In this document: positions 59,717 through 64,000 of the stretch, piece by piece
Numbering within the stretch: the first letter of the stretch is position 1
How the letters are laid out: each line of letters starts with the position of its first letter
Assembly: GCA_963823665.1 (NCBI GenBank)
Contig: CAWGMQ010000006.1
Location: 96,001 to 160,000, forward strand
Length of the DNA stretch: 64,000 bases
Reading direction: 5' to 3'
Source: an uncultured Planctomycetota bacterium
Lineage (GTDB): Bacteria; Planctomycetota; Planctomycetia; Isosphaerales; Isosphaeraceae
Notes under the pieces: generated by a model
Seen by the model: the letters and a program-made list of their open reading frames with translations, nothing else
The model's database searches: none
Told to the model about the DNA's origin: nothing
Made by a program: the position numbers and the translations under genes

Positions 59717-62659
59717 ATGAGAAACCCAAGAGCAGCGTGCGGGAAAGCCAGGCGGTTGCTTCAAGCGGGATTGCTGTCGGTCCTGCTCTGCGGAGGAGCC
59801 GCGGCGCCTGAGCAGGACAAGCAACCCTCGGCGGTGCTCTCCCTGGACGACGGTGGTTTCGTCGCCGGCGAGCTGGCCGATTCGGACCGGCCGGGTGTTC
59901 TGCGGTGGCAGGGGGCGGGATTTGCCGCGCCCTTCGAATTCAAGCTGGGCCGGGTGAACGCCGTGCAGTGGACCGCGCAGGAGAAACCGGTGAAGCCGGA
60001 GGGCGAGTTCTGTTTTGAGCTGGGTGCGGGTGATGTGGTGTTCGGGTCGCTCGCCAGCCTCGACTCGAGTGCGGCCGTGATCGAAGTGCCGCGGGTCGGC
60101 CGGCTCGCCGTGGAACGAAACGCGGTCCGCCGCATCTACCGGTGGCGTGAGAGCGCCGACTTGATTTATCTCGGCCCGAACGGGCTGGCGGGGTGGCGGG
60201 ATGTGGACCGGCACCGGGGCCCGCAGCGGACGAAAGCCGCCGATCTTCCGGTGTTCGAGGCGAACGGCCAGATCAGGGATGCGGCTGCCGCGGGGACGGT
60301 CGATTCGCAGCCTGTTCCTAGAAGCTGGCGAGACGACGCCGGTCAGCTCATGACGGATCAGGAAGGGGCATCGATTCACGGCGAGTTCGGCATTCCGCCG
60401 CGGGCGACGATCGAATTCGAGATCTCGTGGAAGAAGAAGCCCGATTTTGTGTTCGCGCTGGGGACGAGCGAGCAGCCGGAATCGGTGAAGCGAGCGTTCC
60501 GTTTCGAGGCCTGGGGCGGTGATCTGATCGTGCAGCGCGAGCTGGAGAAGGAAGCCGATCTAGCCGTGGTGCAGGAGATCGGAACGGGCCCGGGGCGGGC
60601 GCACTTCCAGGTGTATCTGGACCAGGAGGCGAATCAGATCACGATCTTTTCCGCGCTGGGGAAGCAGCTCGCGAGCCTCAAGGTCGGGAGCTCGAAGTCG
60701 CCGGCGTTTTCGGGAGTGGACCTGACCAACCTGCGAGGCGACGTGCGGCTGGAATGGCTGCGAATCGTGCGCTGGAGCGGCGAGCCGCCGCGTGAGGTCC
60801 AGGCTGATCAGGCGCGGATTCACCGCGCCGACGGCACGATCGTGTACGGGCAGGTGACGCGGTTTGACGCCGGTTCTCGGGAGTTCGTGGTGAAATCGGT
60901 GGCCGGGGAAACACGGATCGCCCCCGAGAAGATCTCGAGCGTATTCCTGTCGCGTCCCGGCGACGAGAAGCCTGAGGGGCTTCGTGCGGTCTATCGGGAT
61001 GGCTCTCGCTACACCGGCAAGTTGCAAAAGGTGGAGAAAGGCATGCTGGTGTTCAAGTTGCCGGGCATTGCCGAATTACTCCGTCTGCCGGTGTCGGGCC
61101 TGCGCTCGCTGGTGATTTTGACCCAGGAGGACGAGGAACCGCCGGTGAAGGACGAATCGACCGGGCGACTGGAGATTCACGGAGTGCAGCTTGCGGGCAA
61201 GCTGGTGGACGCCGTAACAAAGGAGGGCGCGACCTGCCTTGCCTGGCAGCCCGCTGCGAGCGACACGGCCAGTCCGATGTCGAAGGGTGTCTCGGGGCGC
61301 ATCATCTACAAGGAGCCGCCGCCGCAGCCGCCTCCCACCCAGCAAATGACGCAGCAACAGCAGGGCATGATTATCCGGAGGCAAGCGCTTCAACTGGTCC
61401 AGCGACAGCAGGCCCAGGACCAGGGCGCCGGGGCCATGGCGGCTCGGTTCCTGTCGGCGATGGCAGAGCCGACGAGCGCACCGCATTCGGGGGACGCGGG
61501 CGACGAAAGGCGATCGCTCTACCTGCGCGACGGCGACGTGATTCCGTCGGTCGTGACCAAGATCGATGAAAACGGCGTCTGGTTCCGATCGAGTCTCTCG
61601 GCATCGACCTTTGTGTCCAACGAAAAGGTGAAGGCGGTTGAGCTTGCCCCGGACCCGGGCAACGGCAGTCCGCCACCGGTGCGTTTGACCCGCACCAAGC
61701 AAGAGCGATTGCTCATGCTTCCGCGCATGCAGAAGACGGATCCGCCAACCCACCTGATTCGCTCGAAGAACGGCGACTATCTGCGCGGTCGCGTGACCGG
61801 AATGGACGAGAAGACGCTGAAATTTGAGGTGCGGCTTGAGAGCAAGGACATTCCGCGCGACCGCATTTCGCGGATCATCTGGCTGCATCCCGATGAGCTC
61901 GACCCGTCCAAGAAGCCGCCGCCTTCGAGCGCCGGGACACGAGTCCAGGCACTGAGAAACGATGGCGTGCGGCTGACTTTCAACGCCGAGAAGTTCGCGG
62001 GGAACTCGCTCTCCGGGACGAGCGACGTGCTGGGCCCGTGCCAGGTGACGGTGAAGCAGATCGATCAGCTCTTGATCGGCGATGCGATCGAGAAGGCCGC
62101 ATCCGCCCTCTGGTTTGCCCAGTGGAAGCTGACGAACGCTCCCGATCCAAAATACGTGACGGCAGGGGATGGTGCAGAGGGCGGCGACAGCGGCTCGGAA
62201 TCGCCTCTGGTTGGGAAGCCAGCGCCTGACTTTGACCTTGCGCTGGTCGGCGGCGAACGATTCCGGCTGTCCGCAAGCAAAGGCAAGGTGGTGGTTCTCG
62301 ACTTCTGGGCAACCTGGTGCGGTCCGTGTATCCAGGCGATGCCCCAGGTGGAGCGGGCCGTCGGCGAGTTCAAGGACCAAGGTGTGAGGTTGGTTGCCGT
62401 CAACCTGCAGGAGACGGCCGAGCAGGTGACCGCCATGCTCGAGCGTCAGAAGCTGAAGGTGACCGTTGCGCTCGACCGCGACGGCTCGGTGGCGGATCGG
62501 TACAAGGCCGTCGCCATCCCGCAGACGGTGATCATCGACCGCGAAGGCAAGGTTGCGAGGGTGTTCGTCGGTGGAGGCGGGCATCTGGAGGCCCAGCTCA
62601 AGGACGCGCTCAAGGCGGTTTTGAGCGGCGAAAGGCCGAAGGAAGCCGAGAAGAAATAG
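59717..62659 (+). CDS. Large exported protein with C-terminal TlpA-like thioredoxin domain
   Basis: Signal peptide; GKPAPDF..GKVVVLDFWATWCGPC..IPQTVIIDREG. Confidence 0.85.
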   Translation: MRNPRAACGKARRLLQAGLLSVLLCGGAAAPEQDKQPSAVLSLDDGGFVAGELADSDRPGVLRWQGAGFAAPFEFKLGRVNAVQWTAQEKPVKPEGEFCFELGAGDVVFGSLASLDSSAAVIEVPRVGRLAVERNAVRRIYRWRESADLIYLGPNGLAGWRDVDRHRGPQRTKAADLPVFEANGQIRDAAAAGTVDSQPVPRSWRDDAGQLMTDQEGASIHGEFGIPPRATIEFEISWKKKPDFVFALGTSEQPESVKRAFRFEAWGGDLIVQRELEKEADLAVVQEIGTGPGRAHFQVYLDQEANQITIFSALGKQLASLKVGSSKSPAFSGVDLTNLRGDVRLEWLRIVRWSGEPPREVQADQARIHRADGTIVYGQVTRFDAGSREFVVKSVAGETRIAPEKISSVFLSRPGDEKPEGLRAVYRDGSRYTGKLQKVEKGMLVFKLPGIAELLRLPVSGLRSLVILTQEDEEPPVKDESTGRLEIHGVQLAGKLVDAVTKEGATCLAWQPAASDTASPMSKGVSGRIIYKEPPPQPPPTQQMTQQQQGMIIRRQALQLVQRQQAQDQGAGAMAARFLSAMAEPTSAPHSGDAGDERRSLYLRDGDVIPSVVTKIDENGVWFRSSLSASTFVSNEKVKAVELAPDPGNGSPPPVRLTRTKQERLLMLPRMQKTDPPTHLIRSKNGDYLRGRVTGMDEKTLKFEVRLESKDIPRDRISRIIWLHPDELDPSKKPPPSSAGTRVQALRNDGVRLTFNAEKFAGNSLSGTSDVLGPCQVTVKQIDQLLIGDAIEKAASALWFAQWKLTNAPDPKYVTAGDGAEGGDSGSESPLVGKPAPDFDLALVGGERFRLSASKGKVVVLDFWATWCGPCIQAMPQVERAVGEFKDQGVRLVAVNLQETAEQVTAMLERQKLKVTVALDRDGSVADRYKAVAIPQTVIIDREGKVARVFVGGGGHLEAQLKDALKAVLSGERPKEAEKK

Positions 62660-62676
62660 TACCGGCGGGAGCTAGC

Positions 62677-64000
62677 TCATTCATTCTGCGGACGAGCGAT
62701 CGCCGTGAGGGACCAGATCGCTCCCGTCGCAAACAGTCCGGCGCCAGCGACCACGAGGAGCACGATCAGGGCCACTCCGGCGACGTGACTATCGACGCCG
62801 GTGTGAAGCAGGCCCCAGATCACAACGGAGACCGGCGTCTGGCCGGACTTCATGGGTGGAGTGGCGATGTTGGTGGCGGGCAACTCGCCCAGGCCGATCG
62901 CGAAGGCGATTGCCCAGGCGGCGATGATCGGGCGGCGCGAGAGGGGAATCACGACTCGGAAAAGCTGCCGCGGGCGATCGAGGCCGTCGAGTGCGGCCGC
63001 GTCGAGATAATCCTGGGGGAATGAACGCAAGAAGGGCCACAGCAGCAACAGCGCGTAAGGCAGTGCGCGGAATGTCTGTGCCAGAACGATCATCGCCGGC
63101 GAGTCATAGAGTGCCTGAAACGGGCGGTATGCGAGCACGAGCGCCATTCCGGCGATGGGACCAGGCGTGGCCAGGGTCAAGCAGAGGGTGGCCATGGCGA
63201 TCAGGTTCCAGATTCCGGATCGGCGGGCGGCCCAGCCGAGCGTTAGAGCGAGCATGGTCGCGGCAGTAGCGGCGGCGGCGGTCCAGAGGAGGCTCCAGAG
63301 GAGCGGCTCGCCGATTGTGTCTACTGCGCGGCGGAGGGTGCCATCGAGGCCGTGGAGTGACCACTGGGCCGAGCGCTCGAGCGAAGCCTGGCCGCCGACC
63401 CTGCCGGCGCGCCAGACCAGGCCAAAAAGCGGGAGTGCGAAGGCATTACCGACGAACAGGCAGAGGAAGAGGCCGAGCGGGATTCGCCAGGTGCCCAAGT
63501 ACCAGACCCTGGCGCGGGAGAATGACGAAGCGATGCGCAGGATCGAGGTGCGAAAGGGACTTTCCAACCAGCAAAATCAGTACGCCCAGCAAACAGAGCG
63601 GAGGAATAGCTACCTGGGCAGCGTCACCAGGGCCGCGGCCTTGCGTATACTGCCAGTAGGACTCTTCAGCGTACGTCCGGATCACGAGCAGATCCGTGAC
63701 AGTCATATCACCGGCCGTGAGCACGGCGACCGCCAGCGCGGCGGCGGCGATTGCGGCGAGCGCCCTGCGGAGCGTGACTTTTCTGAGCACGCGGGCGGGC
63801 CCGTAGTCAAGAAGCGCCGATTCTTCCAGCTCGGGCTCAACAGCGGCGAGCCCCATGCCGGCGATGAGGATGACCCACGGCAGAGCGGCCATGGCGTGCA
63901 CGAAGGCAGCGCCTGAGCGGCCGACCAGGATCGGGTGCCGACCGAACAGTTGCTGGCGGCTCACATTTCCAAATGCGCCGAGCCACGAAGTTGCGTGAAG
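62677..64000 (-). CDS. ABC transporter permease, FbpB/ThiP-like (5'-truncated by window edge; frameshift ~63520)
   Basis: Two EAA-like loops (LEESALLDYG, YLDAAALDG) and multiple TMs in ORFs 63446..63964 and 62677..63567. Confidence 0.8.

Noticed and set aside
1040..63520. Frameshifts in every array copy as programmed phase variation or pseudogenisation
   Set aside because: Several are single-base losses in the same GGCGC context (~8652, ~10965, ~39417), and similar shifts hit unrelated genes (ECF sigma, ~55400, ABC permease). Long-read error is more likely; this needs read-level polishing to settle.
135..63916. Many long overlapping or antisense ORFs (e.g. 695..1795, 3154..4815, 42056..43438, 49538..51142, 61076..62584)
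   Set aside because: Shadow frames of high-GC genes with Pro/Arg/His-rich low-complexity translations and no motifs.

Overview
High-GC bacterial DNA that looks planctomycete, probably Isosphaeraceae-like. This is inferred from the DUF1501, DUF1559, ECF-sigma/WD40 and MoxR-DUF58-BatA genes. Scattered single-base frameshifts look like long-read errors. The window has three zones. (1) 1-26.1 kb: a tandem array of at least six paralogous genes (~1400-1450 aa where complete). Each encodes an N-terminal anchor, a large FG-GAP/calcium-blade and PQQ-like beta-propeller ectodomain, and a C-terminal multi-TM domain. The copies are mosaic, their 3' ends are extremely G-rich and C-poor, and their junctions carry hexamer microsatellites, a recurrent purine-rich 29-nt repeat and a shared 69-nt structured leader. 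One DUF1501 gene lies inside the array on the opposite strand. This array is the best candidate for an undescribed system, namely a recombination-diversified family of integrin-alpha-like surface proteins. (2) 26.1-45.2 kb: an accessory zone of small hypothetical genes, decayed toxin-antitoxin remnants, an IS701-family element that splits a reconstructable gene, an ECF sigma-WD40 gene, and an IS1182-family element inserted in the loop of a small palindrome. (3) 45.4-64 kb: a MoxR/DUF58/BatA operon extended by three paralogous helical proteins, a prenyltransferase-repeat protein and a large TlpA-like redoxin, followed by a convergent partial ABC permease. I found no rRNA, tRNA, CRISPR, integrase or reverse transcriptase. 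Family names come from motif recognition only; no database searches were run.
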